Virus record (IMG/VR): IMGVR_UViG_3300032677_000040
Span: 1 to 54,627 of that record
Length of the DNA: 54,627 nucleotides
DNA from: a virus
Lineage: Duplodnaviria; Caudoviricetes
Strand: one strand, 5' to 3'
A program made the position numbers and the translations under genes. This document shows, piece by piece, positions 1 through 11,100 of this stretch. The notes below the pieces were generated by a model. It was not told the origin of the DNA. It saw only the letters and a program-made list of their open reading frames with translations, and did no database searches. How positions within the stretch are numbered: the first letter of the stretch is position 1; each line of letters starts with the position of its first letter.

Positions 1-264
1 ATTCCCTACCAGCCAGGGCAGTCGTTGATGAATCTTGCCGCTCCGCAGGGTTGGGTTGCGATCCTGCCAAATTACATGCTCGCGCAGGCGAAGAAAGCAG
101 AGTTGGACTTGGAATCAGCCAAGACTTTGGAGGATGCGTTTTTCAAAGAAGCGAATGAATGGATGTTGGCTAATAAGCCAGTGCCTCGGTTCGTGCAGGT
201 TGGTGGCGGAAGGGGTACACTTGCTTTCGATGTCGTATTGGACCAGGGTGTCATAGTCCCTTAG
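1..264 (+). CDS. C-terminal part of probable head-tail adaptor/tail tubular protein (5' truncated)
   Basis: Frame is open from base 1 to TAG 264; lies directly upstream of the nozzle-like gene, as in podovirus gene order. Confidence 0.45.
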   Translation: MPYQPGQSLMNLAAPQGWVAILPNYMLAQAKKAELDLESAKTLEDAFFKEANEWMLANKPVPRFVQVGGGRGTLAFDVVLDQGVIVP

Positions 265-276
265 AATCAACGATTT

Positions 277-3200
277 ATGGGTGTTAAGCCGTCAAGTTTC
301 GGGGCATTTGTGAAAATGATCGACGCAAGTACTGGTCGGCTCATTCAGCCGAAGGGTTCCATTCCTCGCGGTTCCAATCTGCTCGCGTCAAAAAGAGGAT
401 CGCTCCGCACTTGCGATGGTACCGACATAATCGACGCCTACAACGGCGTACCTACTTCCGGCCGCGGTCGCGCCATGGCTGAGTTCTTCTTTGCCCCTAC
501 TGGAGTTGCTGGCTACTACCTCCGGATCATGCAAGCTCTGGACCAGCATCTTGGGGCGCCCCGAAATCTCGCGGTGTCAGTCGTCAGTGGCGGTTCGCTG
601 GTGTCAGAAACCTACTACTGGGTGGTCACGGCGATTGACGGGGCCGGGGGTGAAACAGTCATCTCCAATGAAGTTTCTGCGACGGTCAGCGGGGGAGAAA
701 CGGCCGACTTGACTTGGAACGTTGTACCGAATGCCTTTGGCTACAACGTGTATCGCGGGACGACTCCGGGAGGAGAAGTTTTACTCAGTGGTCCGGGCTT
801 GCCTGCTTCGTCCAACTCGTATCAGGACAACGGCTCGGCTTCTCCGAGTGGTGGGACCTATGCCGTTGTGACCCTGCAGGCGACGTTTGAGGGGTTTGCG
901 ACGGTCACACTGACGACTCCGGTCAACAATGGTTTTATCGGCCAAGCAGGGGTGTACACGGCGGGCTCGAATGCGAGCTTCAATGGAAGCTATGAAATCG
1001 TCAATCAGACTGCTCCGACGGTGATTACCATCAAGGGAGGCACACAGACCGAACCAGCATTTTCCGATGGTGGAACGTTTGCCATCGGTGTGGCGATTAC
1101 CCCTCCTGACACCGACACGACGCAGCAGACAGCCTTATACGCCATGCCAGCGCCAATAGAGGGCGTTACCTACACCGACGAGAATATCGTTGCCCTGTTT
1201 CCCGCGGCTCAGGCTGGCGGGACCTTACAGCAAGGCTACAGCCCGTCTGGTGGGGTCATAGGTGCGGTAGGACTCCAGCCCCAGATGGCTCAGTTTACAA
1301 ATCAGGCTGTGTTGGCCCTCGGGAACGGATTCGCTCCACAGGTCTACTCCGATCCGAATGGAACACTGACGAATCCGGCAACTATTGTGCCGATTTCTGC
1401 GATCAGCGTGGATGCGAATGGGGTGGTCACGGTGACGACCTCGAGCCCGAACAATATCAACCCGACCGTGAATTCTTTCCCATCGTGGCAGAAGGACACG
1501 GCTTACAGTGTTGGAGACACGATTGTTCCGATTCCCGAAAACGGCTATTATTACACGGCCACGCGAGCGGGCACGAGCGGTTCAACGCAACCAATTTGGC
1601 CAACCACGATCGGGCAGAGCGTGGACGACGGCGGTTCCCTGTTTACCTCAGTGCTCTGGGACTGTGCCGGTCTGGTTTCGATCATTAACGCGCAGCAAGG
1701 CCTGGGAGCGAATGTTTACATCTCGGGGGTAGCAGACCCTGTTTACAATACAAACGGTTTTGGCGCGAGTGCCTTCACGACTATTTCGGTTCCGAGTGCA
1801 ACTGAAGTGCAGATTGTGAATCCGCACGCGATTGGGCAACCCCCGTCCAGCGGTGGGTTTATGACGGTGACGACCATTCCTATCGTTTCCACATTCCTGC
1901 CGTCCTTTCCGGTGTGGACTACGGCTGTTTCCTACGCGGTTAACTCGGTGATTGAGCCCACGGTATCGAATGGGTACTATTACACCGCAACAACTTCGGG
2001 AATCAGCGGCGGGACACAGCCTACCTTCCCGACAACCATCGGCGCCACGGTCACAGATGGCACGATCATATGGAAGAATTCAGGGACGTTGCTCAGTGCA
2101 GCTCCTCCCCCGCCTGGGTGTGGTCATCTTGCGGTCTATTCCGGGTCACTCTGGATGTTCAATACTTGGGTCACGAATACGGGCCCAAGTACGAACACGG
2201 GCACAGGTGCAACGCCGATCGCGCCTAATACTTCGACCGGATTGGACGGCCCATGCAGTCTGCGAATGTCGGACGTGAACAACCTGCAGTCATGGAACCC
2301 AGTCAATCAGGCGTTCCTTGACAAAGATGACGGCACGGAGGGCATGGGTTTAGGTTCGTTCACGATCGCCGCGCAGGGCATCCCGCCAGAGGGTAGCCTG
2401 TGCGCCTTTAAGAGACGTGCGGTTTATCAGATTGTTGGAGTTTTCGGTGCTTCCAACTTCCTGATTCAGCGCGTACAGAGCGATATGGGGATATTGTCTC
2501 CCCGGACACTCCAGTTCGTTCCCGGCTTCGGACTGATGCGGCTGACCTACATCGGCATTGGCGTGTTCGACGGGGTAAATGACCGCATTGTGAGCACGCA
2601 AGTTCAGCCCTACCTGATCGGTTCGAACGATCCGGACACGGCCGACATCGTTCCGATGGACCCGGAGTGGCAGACGGTATGCCAGTCGGCTCTAGTGGCT
2701 AATCCTCCGATGTACGTGACGGCCATCCCGATTGCCTCGACGCCGGGAGGTTCTGACGGGATGCTGACCAGAATCATGTGTTTCGATATGGTGCTCAAGG
2801 CGTGGGCCATTGTGGACCTTCCGTTTCCAATTTCTACGATGTTCGGGGTGGTGACATTCTCCACTATCGCCGCGACGGTTATGGGCTCGTTTAGCGATGG
2901 TACCTTACAGCAGTGGCAGAACGAGGATTTAACTTGGGCGACCTCCTCGAGCGGCTCTAGTATTCCGGGGCAGATCGCGTGGGCGATGCAGAGCCCGACG
3001 ACAGCAAGCAAGGACGCTTCGGGTCGCTTCTATCTCCGTCGGACGGTAGTTTTGGGCCAGCAAGATCCGAACGCTCCATCGACCATGACCATCCGGACTC
3101 GGAACGGTGGAGTGGTGTTTGCTACCCAGAATCTACCGATGCCAAACTCGGGTGATATTCAGGTGCAGGCGGCGGCGGGCTCGACGGGACGACGTTTCGA

Positions 3201-3297
3201 TGCGATTATCTCGGGGTTAGGCAGGATCACGATCGACAGTATCGAATTTCAAATCGAGCCTCGGCCAAGTGGGGTTATGGCGGGAGCTATAAGCTAG
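277..3297 (+). CDS. Tail nozzle / tubular protein B-like virion protein with inserted FN3-like and CBM5/12-like modules
   Basis: 1006 aa, beta-rich; FN3-like segment (TYYWVVTAIDGAGGET...LTWNVVPNAFGYNVYRGT); two W-x4-Y...NGYYYTAT..G.SG.TQP..PTTIG modules; sits before GNAT-like and ejection genes. Confidence 0.65.
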   Translation: MGVKPSSFGAFVKMIDASTGRLIQPKGSIPRGSNLLASKRGSLRTCDGTDIIDAYNGVPTSGRGRAMAEFFFAPTGVAGYYLRIMQALDQHLGAPRNLAVSVVSGGSLVSETYYWVVTAIDGAGGETVISNEVSATVSGGETADLTWNVVPNAFGYNVYRGTTPGGEVLLSGPGLPASSNSYQDNGSASPSGGTYAVVTLQATFEGFATVTLTTPVNNGFIGQAGVYTAGSNASFNGSYEIVNQTAPTVITIKGGTQTEPAFSDGGTFAIGVAITPPDTDTTQQTALYAMPAPIEGVTYTDENIVALFPAAQAGGTLQQGYSPSGGVIGAVGLQPQMAQFTNQAVLALGNGFAPQVYSDPNGTLTNPATIVPISAISVDANGVVTVTTSSPNNINPTVNSFPSWQKDTAYSVGDTIVPIPENGYYYTATRAGTSGSTQPIWPTTIGQSVDDGGSLFTSVLWDCAGLVSIINAQQGLGANVYISGVADPVYNTNGFGASAFTTISVPSATEVQIVNPHAIGQPPSSGGFMTVTTIPIVSTFLPSFPVWTTAVSYAVNSVIEPTVSNGYYYTATTSGISGGTQPTFPTTIGATVTDGTIIWKNSGTLLSAAPPPPGCGHLAVYSGSLWMFNTWVTNTGPSTNTGTGATPIAPNTSTGLDGPCSLRMSDVNNLQSWNPVNQAFLDKDDGTEGMGLGSFTIAAQGIPPEGSLCAFKRRAVYQIVGVFGASNFLIQRVQSDMGILSPRTLQFVPGFGLMRLTYIGIGVFDGVNDRIVSTQVQPYLIGSNDPDTADIVPMDPEWQTVCQSALVANPPMYVTAIPIASTPGGSDGMLTRIMCFDMVLKAWAIVDLPFPISTMFGVVTFSTIAATVMGSFSDGTLQQWQNEDLTWATSSSGSSIPGQIAWAMQSPTTASKDASGRFYLRRTVVLGQQDPNAPSTMTIRTRNGGVVFATQNLPMPNSGDIQVQAAAGSTGRRFDAIISGLGRITIDSIEFQIEPRPSGVMAGAIS

Positions 3298-3737
3298 TGA
3301 TTACAGAGACGCAAGACTTCGATGTGATGCAGTTTTTAGCACCAAAGGATGAGGCTCGCCTGCTTGGTCCGGATGAGGAAATCCCCGCTGAACTGGAAGC
3401 AGGGTTCGATCAACTCGGAAAGTTAGATCGAAACTGGGTCTGGGTTGTGCAGTCGGATTGGAAGATTAAGGGGGTGTTGCTTGCATCGCCATGTCACGGG
3501 TCTGCGTTCGTCTGGAGGATATGTTTGGATCCATCGCTTTCTAATGTCGCCGTTATACGCCTTTTAAGGCGATTCCTGAGCGATATAAGAGCGCGGGGAC
3601 TGGTAGGGTACATGACGATCATCGACCCCGCCAAGGCCCTGCAAGCGCGTCTAAAACACATCATCGTGAAAGCAGGCGGTCAGTCGTTCGGGAATTATGA
3701 GATGTTGGTGTCTCCAACGCCGCGGGAGGGGCTGTAA
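3297..3737 (+). CDS. Putative GNAT-fold protein (positional analogue of T7 gp13)
   Basis: 146 aa, stop/start overlap with upstream gene; alpha/beta pattern WVWVVQSDWKIKGVLLA; lies between nozzle and ejection genes. Confidence 0.45.
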   Translation: MITETQDFDVMQFLAPKDEARLLGPDEEIPAELEAGFDQLGKLDRNWVWVVQSDWKIKGVLLASPCHGSAFVWRICLDPSLSNVAVIRLLRRFLSDIRARGLVGYMTIIDPAKALQARLKHIIVKAGGQSFGNYEMLVSPTPREGL

Positions 3738-4253
3738 GTGCCAGCAATCGCCGGGATTATCCCACTGATAACCGCTTCTCTGGCCGCAGTCGGCACCGGT
3801 GTGTCGATTGACGAGGCTCTGAACGCTCCGAGCGCCCCAAAGATTAGCACTACGCCCACGCCTTTGACTTCAACGCAGAATGCAGGGCAGGCAGCGGCGG
3901 TCAGCCAGCAACTACCGACGCTCCAAACTTTGACAGGCGGTTCGTTGTCGCCAGAGTATTACAGCCAGTTCGGTGGACAGGCGGCGGGAGTAGCGAATAA
4001 CCCGCAGGCGACTGGTAATATCCAGTCTGCAATCAATCAGTTGTTCGGGTTTTCCTCTCCCGGCCAGACTGGCTTAACGCCTGCGACTTCGACGGGAACA
4101 ACTCCGGCGACACAGGGCGGTGGAAGTGGGTTACCGGGGATATTGGACTTGCTGCAGAAGCCGAGTGGCGGGAGTTCCCCATTCGGCGGCGGTGGCCCGG
4201 CATGGCTATCGCAGGCATTGAACAACAATCCCTATCAGGGACTACAGGCATAG
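3738..4253 (+). CDS. Putative internal virion/ejection protein
   Basis: 171 aa, Gly/Ala/Gln/Thr-rich, hydrophobic N-terminus, no Cys. Confidence 0.55.
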   Translation: MPAIAGIIPLITASLAAVGTGVSIDEALNAPSAPKISTTPTPLTSTQNAGQAAAVSQQLPTLQTLTGGSLSPEYYSQFGGQAAGVANNPQATGNIQSAINQLFGFSSPGQTGLTPATSTGTTPATQGGGSGLPGILDLLQKPSGGSSPFGGGGPAWLSQALNNNPYQGLQA

Positions 4254-4256
4254 CTT

Positions 4257-4808
4257 ATGGATGGACTTGGAGCAATTGTACCTTTACTCAGCGGCGGGGC
4301 GGCGGTAGCCGGAACCGGTGGGAATATTTTGGAAGACGTCAAGAAAAACGACTACCAGAATTTTATTCTCAATCTGGTTAAAAATCCGACCGCTTTTGCC
4401 GCGTTGATTTCCAAACTCCAGCAACCGTTGAACGCTGGCCTAACGCAATCAGTGGGGAATCAGGTGCAGGGACAGATGGCAGAACGCGGGCTGTCGCAGG
4501 CCCCCGGTATCTTCGCTGGTGCGGAGTCTCAAGCCCTCGCTCCGTTCTATCAGCAGAACCAGAGCACGGCCACAAACGCTCTTTTACAAGCTCTTGGTTT
4601 GCCCGCGGGTACGTTTGGTCAGCCAGTTAATACGACTGGGGCGTGGCAGGGCTTGTTCAAGGGCTTACCGCCGCAGAGCAGTGGCAATTGGAGTGGACAG
4701 TTTAGCGACCCGGCGCTCGGCGGGATTCAGTACATGCCGGGTGGCTACGGCGGGGCAGTTGGGCCTGATCCGGCAGCACCGACCTATGATCCTTCGTGGG
4801 GGAGTTAA
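4257..4808 (+). CDS. Putative internal virion/ejection protein
   Basis: 183 aa, Gly/Gln-rich, contains MAERGLSQAPG; typical of DNA-injection proteins. Confidence 0.55.
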   Translation: MDGLGAIVPLLSGGAAVAGTGGNILEDVKKNDYQNFILNLVKNPTAFAALISKLQQPLNAGLTQSVGNQVQGQMAERGLSQAPGIFAGAESQALAPFYQQNQSTATNALLQALGLPAGTFGQPVNTTGAWQGLFKGLPPQSSGNWSGQFSDPALGGIQYMPGGYGGAVGPDPAAPTYDPSWGS

Positions 4809-4811
4809 CAA

Positions 4812-6107
4812 ATGGCGTGGCTCACTTCGATACTCCAAAACGTCGGGCGAACAGGGAGCGATATTTCCGACGCCAAGAGTGCAAATTTGCAGGAGAAGCA
4901 AAGGACACAACAGTTCCAGACTCAACAAAAGGAACTGCAGCAGCGCTTCCAGCAGAACGCGGCTCCCACGGTGGTGCATACCTATCGCGCCTCAGACGGG
5001 AAACTGCATAACCTCGTTCGGAACCCGATGGACGGGAAGATTACGGATCAGGTAGCAGAAGGGGCGGCGCAGGAACTCACTCCCGGCCAGCAGAAGATCA
5101 AAGACGCGGAAGTAGCGCTCGGGCGCCCGCTAAGCGACAAAGAAAAAGAGATTCTCACGGGAATCATTCCCAAGCCTTCCGCCTCGCAGGACTTGTCGGA
5201 CAAGTGGACCGAGGCAACGAAGATCGGCCAGCAGCAGTTCCCGAATGACCCGCAGAAGGCGATGGAGTTTGCCCGCTCGCTCATGCCGGGAGGGGCGTCG
5301 GTCAATCAGATGGTCTTTCCGCAGTTGAAGAAAACGACTGGCCTCGACCCGATCATTACGGCTCAGATTGGCAAGCCTCCGGATCCGTCGATCTACCCCA
5401 AGGGCGAAGATGACCCGATTTACAAGGCCAAGGCGAAGCAGTGGGGCGTGGAGGCCGAAAACATCAAGAATCGCATGGTAGAGGCTCGAGGGATGGGCTA
5501 CAACATGACCCGAATCGGGGCCTACGTCGATGACGATGGAAATCTAATAACCACGACCGGCGGTACTGCCATGGCGAAAGGCTATACGCCGGCAGCTCCC
5601 ACGTTTCAGTTGATGTCAAAGAACGCTCAGTTTCAGGAAATGGAGAATGCTTCCGGTAAACTTCGCGGAGCAATCGAAGCCTTGCAGCCGGGAGACGCTT
5701 TCACTCCCGATCAAGTGGCGAAACTATCACTGGCTTCGCGTGCGCCTGACGAGGGGGCATTCCACGCGATTATCAGTAATATGGCTTCCGGCACAACGAA
5801 CGAGCGCCAACAAGACTATCTGATTTGGCTTGGCCAGATGGGGGAGCGCATCTTGTCGCTGCGAAACATCGCTGGCATGGGCCAAGGCGCGCAAGATCTA
5901 CGCGCGGCGATTCAAGCTACGTTGCCGAATCTATCGTCTGGCTCGAAGGAATTTGCGCTGAAACGTCTGGATGCGGTGGATAACCAAATAAATCTGCTGC
6001 AGAAAGGTATCGGGAAACTGAAGAACAATCCGGCCACGAATGGTGCGGGACAGCTGCCTCCGGGTGCAAAGATTATCAAGTGGGACGACGTGAAACCAAA
6101 TGCCTGA
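4812..6107 (+). CDS. Putative ejection (DNA transfer) protein
   Basis: 431 aa, helical, Gln-rich N-terminus, Cys-free; GGGAG RBS upstream. Confidence 0.55.
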   Translation: MAWLTSILQNVGRTGSDISDAKSANLQEKQRTQQFQTQQKELQQRFQQNAAPTVVHTYRASDGKLHNLVRNPMDGKITDQVAEGAAQELTPGQQKIKDAEVALGRPLSDKEKEILTGIIPKPSASQDLSDKWTEATKIGQQQFPNDPQKAMEFARSLMPGGASVNQMVFPQLKKTTGLDPIITAQIGKPPDPSIYPKGEDDPIYKAKAKQWGVEAENIKNRMVEARGMGYNMTRIGAYVDDDGNLITTTGGTAMAKGYTPAAPTFQLMSKNAQFQEMENASGKLRGAIEALQPGDAFTPDQVAKLSLASRAPDEGAFHAIISNMASGTTNERQQDYLIWLGQMGERILSLRNIAGMGQGAQDLRAAIQATLPNLSSGSKEFALKRLDAVDNQINLLQKGIGKLKNNPATNGAGQLPPGAKIIKWDDVKPNA

Positions 6108-7593
6108 CCGCTACGTGCAATTACCGAACGGATCCTACCTTCAGTGGCCAGAAGGTGTCAGTGCAGCCACGTTCAAAGCTAAGGCGACGAAGCTCATGGG
6201 CCCGTCGTTGCCAGTTTCGACGCGCAAGGCAGCGGATTTACCGTTGCCGACTGCTCAACCTCCAAAGCCGTTTATGAGTCGCCTGTCCGACTATGTTAGT
6301 CAAATCGCGCAGTCAACCGCCAAGACTCCCGGCTCGGTGATAGATAGTGCCCGGAACTACTACAAAGAAGGCGAGCAGCAGGGCGGTTTTACTGGTGGAA
6401 TGAGGATGGCGGAAGCTCCTATCATGGCCGAAGGTGACGCTATTACCGGGATGCTCAAATCTGTGCTCGGCGTTACTGCGCCAGGTATTGCCTATCGCGT
6501 ATCGAAGAATGAAGATCCCGCCAAGATTGCAGCGGACGCCGGTACGTTCCTTGGCGGCTACATGGCGGGAGGTCCGAAGGAAGCAACAGCGGGTGAAGGT
6601 TTGTCGGTAGGGGATGCAGCCAAGCAGATCACTGATGCGGTAAACCCAGCTCCGAAAGAAATGGCAGCGTTTCAACGGAGCGTCAGTCAGCATCTTGACA
6701 AGATCACCACATTCGCCAAGCAAAACGGCATTGACATTGGTTCAATCGGTGGCTTATCGGAGGCGATGAAGGGTGCCGGGAACTGGATCAGGACTCACTA
6801 CTACAACGAGATTCTTGGACCCGTTAAAGATCGGCCGGTTTCCATCGCCGGAACGATTCCGGGATATTCGGGCGAAACAGCCTCACCATCGACCGCCACG
6901 TTGGGCCAGTTGGACGCTCGCTTGTCGCAGATTAATGCGGAACTCAACCCGAAGTATTCCAAGGGCGGGATTGCTGGGCAGGCGGCGGTCAAGTCTGCCA
7001 CGGAACTGAACGCAGAAGCGGCGGGAATCAGGAAACAGCTTTACGATGCAGTCGGTAAAGCCACTGGCCTGACTCCGGAACAGGTAGCGCAGACTCGCGG
7101 GGCATTCGGATCGCTCGACTCGCTGGCCGAGAAAACTGCAACGGCGGCGGCAAAAGAGAGATTCGCGGCGAACAAGACTGCTCGGGCTCCGCTCACAGTC
7201 AATCCTTTCGGAGACAGCGGGAAGCAGTTTATTGCGGACAAGGCGGTAAATGCGGTGCGCGGCGATGTGGTGGGCAAGGGACTAAAGACGGCGCTCGGCA
7301 AGGTTAAAGTCAAGCCTTACGAATTACCAGCGGCCAAGCCCACGTCAGTCACTGCGAGGATCCGCACTCCATTGCGCGGGGAATCTGGCATTAAGACGAA
7401 CATTGAAACACCAGGTCCCGCGGAGCGTGCCGCGGTTCCAGAAAAACTAGACGCTCGCAGAACACTGAATGAAGTGACCCGAAAGAAAGCAGAACTCGAC
7501 AGGGCGAATGCGGAACTGCAAAGGACAATTAAGAGTTCTCGGCATCCATTTTGGCAAGATCCAAGAGGTTCATTTGAGAAGGGAGATCAGTAA
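6100..7593 (+). CDS. Putative ejection (DNA transfer) protein
   Basis: 497 aa, Ala-rich helical, Cys-free; N-terminal YVQLPNGSYLQWPEG resembles podophage internal proteins. Confidence 0.5.
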   Translation: MPDRYVQLPNGSYLQWPEGVSAATFKAKATKLMGPSLPVSTRKAADLPLPTAQPPKPFMSRLSDYVSQIAQSTAKTPGSVIDSARNYYKEGEQQGGFTGGMRMAEAPIMAEGDAITGMLKSVLGVTAPGIAYRVSKNEDPAKIAADAGTFLGGYMAGGPKEATAGEGLSVGDAAKQITDAVNPAPKEMAAFQRSVSQHLDKITTFAKQNGIDIGSIGGLSEAMKGAGNWIRTHYYNEILGPVKDRPVSIAGTIPGYSGETASPSTATLGQLDARLSQINAELNPKYSKGGIAGQAAVKSATELNAEAAGIRKQLYDAVGKATGLTPEQVAQTRGAFGSLDSLAEKTATAAAKERFAANKTARAPLTVNPFGDSGKQFIADKAVNAVRGDVVGKGLKTALGKVKVKPYELPAAKPTSVTARIRTPLRGESGIKTNIETPGPAERAAVPEKLDARRTLNEVTRKKAELDRANAELQRTIKSSRHPFWQDPRGSFEKGDQ

Positions 7594-7761
7594 ATGGCGA
7601 AGAAGAAGAAACGCTCACCAGTTTCGATGAAGATCGGCAAGTTGATCAAGGAAGGCAAGGAACCCAAGGCCGCTGAGGGCGAGGCATTTGGAATGCAGCG
7701 CGAGGGCAGGCTGACAAAACGCGGCGGTTACAGACGGACTCGCGGGAAGAAGAGGAAGTAA
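7594..7761 (+). CDS. Small very basic protein (55 aa)
   Basis: Read manually: MAKKKKRSPVSMKIGKLIKEGKEPKAAEGEAFGMQREGRLTKRGGYRRTRGKKRK; AAGGGAG RBS; abuts upstream stop. Confidence 0.75.
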   Translation: MAKKKKRSPVSMKIGKLIKEGKEPKAAEGEAFGMQREGRLTKRGGYRRTRGKKRK

Positions 7762-7859
7762 TGGCCAAAAAGAAACGTGGCGCAAAAGCATTATTCCTCA
7801 AGAACGTGAAACGGATTGCCGCCTACGACAATCGCGGCAGAGGGAAAACGAGGTCATAA
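7761..7859 (+). CDS. Small very basic protein (32 aa)
   Basis: Read manually: MAKKKRGAKALFLKNVKRIAAYDNRGRGKTRS; TAATG coupling upstream, next ATG immediately after its stop. Confidence 0.7.
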   Translation: MAKKKRGAKALFLKNVKRIAAYDNRGRGKTRS

Positions 7860-8135
7860 ATGGTTGTAAGTCTGCAGGTAACAATCACAACTACGGGCGT
7901 AGCTCAGCAGATCAGTACGGCCCAGACCCAGGTTCGTTTCATCGATTTTCAGAATAACGCTGCCGCTGCAATGCGGATCGGTGACTCGACAGTGAGCGCA
8001 ACCAAAGGACATACCCTTGCGGCTACGGGAGGGGATTTCCCGGTCCACACAGGGGATGTGTATTTTTCCTACCTCAGCGATTGGTGGGTCGAAGGCACAT
8101 CTGGTCAGTTGCTCGACGTGACGTACATAACGTAA
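7860..8135 (+). CDS. Small beta-rich virion-associated protein
   Basis: 91 aa, coupled to neighbours, beta-sandwich-like composition, no signal peptide. Confidence 0.6.
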   Translation: MVVSLQVTITTTGVAQQISTAQTQVRFIDFQNNAAAAMRIGDSTVSATKGHTLAATGGDFPVHTGDVYFSYLSDWWVEGTSGQLLDVTYIT

Positions 8136-11100
8136 TGAAAAAGTGGATCGCCATCTCGTTGCTGTTCCTTGCAAGCATGGCCTTCGGGCAGTCCGTGGTT
8201 ATCACGGGCACGGTTTTGAGCCCATCCGGGCAGCCTTACAGCAACGGCAACGGGAAGGCTCAACTACAGCCAAGTAACGTACAGTGGTTGTTCGGAAATT
8301 CGCCTGTTCCTAGTCCCATAACGATCGCAAGCCTGGATTCATTCGGCCGTTTCAGCGTTACCCTAACCAGTACGGCCGTAATCCAGCCACAGTCCCAAGG
8401 ACCAACATGGCAGTTTAGCTTCTGCAGTCAGGTCTACGCCTCACAGACACAGCCTGTTTGCTTCACGATGACCCCGATGGCTCTAACGACATCGCAGGAC
8501 ATTAGCACGCAGATTCAGGCGCAGTCGGCACCATTGCCTTCGTCTGGTGGGGGGATTACGAGCTTAGGGCTTAGCGTCCCTCAAGGTTTGAGCGTGTCTC
8601 CGTCCAGCCTCTCAGCGCCGGGTACGTTTGCGATCACTTGGAACGGAACTCCAATCCCAAACTCTGCCATTCCTGCCCCAACCGCCTCAGCGCTTGGCGG
8701 GGTGGAATCGATCACCTGCACGAATCAGTTCTTGAGTGCCATTTCCACCTTGGGAGTGCCACTTTGCACTACACCGTCGTTCGTGTCGCTAACCACCACA
8801 GGAACGGCTGGAGCAGCGACTCTTTCCGGGGGTGTCCTGAACATCCCCCAGTACACAAGTAGCGGCGGCGTTGTCTCCTCCACTGCGCCATTTCAAGCTC
8901 TGTACAGCGGCACGCCCGGCAGTACGGTAACGACGGTTAGTGGCCAGCAGAAGCCCATCTATGACGTCCGAGATTACGGCCTCGCTTGCAACGGCTCAAC
9001 AAACGACACAGCGGCAATGGTTGCGCTCCGTACAGCGAACACACAAAATGCGGCAGTAGCGATTCCGGTTGACGCGACCCACCCGGGCCCCTGTGAACTT
9101 GGCGGCATCAATCTTCCGTTCGCGCTGGATTTCTCAGGCGGCGGCGCGATTGGAGTGATTGCCAACCCAGCTACTCCCGGCAACGGTGCTTTGGTGCAGG
9201 CGAGTCCTGGCACCGCGTACACCGGAAATAGTTGCACGGCAACTTTAAACTCGGCTCCGACCGCAGGCAATGCGGTCTTGATGGAAATTATCTATGAATT
9301 TGGTTCGGGCACGGTTCCAAATCTTCCCACGGACTCTGCCAACGACTCCTTCAATGTGCTGTTGCAATCGAACCTTAGTTTCGAATCTAACTCTACGTCG
9401 TGGGCTGCGGCTGCAGTGGCAGGGGGGAGCGCGAGTCAAGCGATCACAGTCACGCTCGCTGGTGCTTCCACGCACGGTGTTTGCTTCGCACAGGAAGTTT
9501 CCGGAGAAGGCACTGGAATCGCAGTCGATCCAGGCAGCACCTTTACATATGCTAGTGGCTCGTCGCCCTACAGTGGACCGTACAGCGTCACGGCGACCTT
9601 AGAGCCCGGTGACTTCGTTCTAGCCTACGGCGGGCAAGGCACAAATAACACGACATGCACCCAGGGCAGCGGATTTACTCAACCGTCCAGCACCGAGGGA
9701 AATGTCAATGGAATGTGTTTGCAGTACCAAGCGGATTCCTCCGCGGGCTCGGTAACCGCGACACAGACCACATCTCCCAACTCCTTCAGTGATTACTGGG
9801 TCTACAATATCGTCGGAATTCGGCCAGGAACTTCCGTCGTCCATCCACAAGCAGGAATCATCGATCCGGACCTGCATCAGGTTTTCGTGAACGCTACTGG
9901 TGCGAATGGCGCAATCAGTTTCTTTCACAACTTAGCCCTGAGTAGGGTCTATCCGGAATGGTGGGGCGGGTCCCCGCCTGTTTCGGCAGCAACCAATACT
10001 CCTGCTATCCAAGCGGCCATCAATGCGTCGTTCAATAACGGCGGACCGGCCTATAACAAAGTTCTCGACCTCGGCCGCGGCATTTACAACATCAACGCCG
10101 AAACCCAGTGGTACACGGTCGAAGGCAACGCGGGTGCGCGCTTTCAAGTAGACTGCGCGCCAGCCGGCGGAATCAACCAGACAACCGCAAATCTTCGTCT
10201 GATGGACTCGCAAGGTATGGACTACGGGCGATTTGATAACTGCTCGTGGAGTTCTTCGGCAACCGACACACAGGCCACGGCCCTGCTTGATATCGACTGG
10301 AACGGCACGACGACGCCGAACAGTCAGAAACCGCAGTTTCTGGACTTCTACTCAAACACGTTCGGCGGGAACAAACTCCGAGCAATCGGCGTCCTTGGAG
10401 CGAAAAGCGGCGGATCGGCACAGTTCTCAAACATCAACTTCTACGACCCGGAATTCATTGGCTTTACGCAGGCGGCTTACCAGATCGGAACACCGACAGT
10501 TCTCGCGGATAACGCGATTGAGAACTTCATCTGGGGCGGTGACATGCAGGGGAATAATGACTACGGGGCAGCCGTTTATGGCGGCAACATCGAAATCATC
10601 GGCACGAGCATGGAGAATGGGTTTTCAGCCACCACGAATGAAGGAGCGCAGACTGGTTACGACATGTACTGTGCTCAGAACCAAGGCAACTGCATCATGG
10701 AGTATGTCCGCTCTGAAAGTATGCACTTAGCGGCCTGCACAACCTGCATCATCAAGCACAGTTATACAACCGATCAAGGAGTATTCCCAGTTCCAGGTGG
10801 AACTCAGCCAGTAGGCACGATTGTAGATGGACACAACGAAGCAAATGCTTGGGACGGACGATATTATATCGTCACAGCAGACAACGGAGCGTTCGGAGGA
10901 GTTGGAAGCACAAGCACGCCGGTCATCGCATCAGGTGGGAGTGGGACGACCATCGTAGACACTAACGAAAATGTGGCAGGTTCGGTCACTACAAAAATTT
11001 CGCTCGCGGGAGAGACAGTTACCCAGACTGGAACTGGATCAACCGCAACTCTATTGAATGTTCCTGCCTCTATCGGTACGGTTGCCGGATCACTCGGCAT

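Noticed and set aside
8081-8134. Longer N-terminus given by the ORF track for the 1689-aa protein (and 15329 for the 291-aa protein)
   Set aside because: Overlap upstream genes; ATG 8135 (TAATG coupling) and ATG 15401 (GGAGG RBS) are better and expose clean signal peptides
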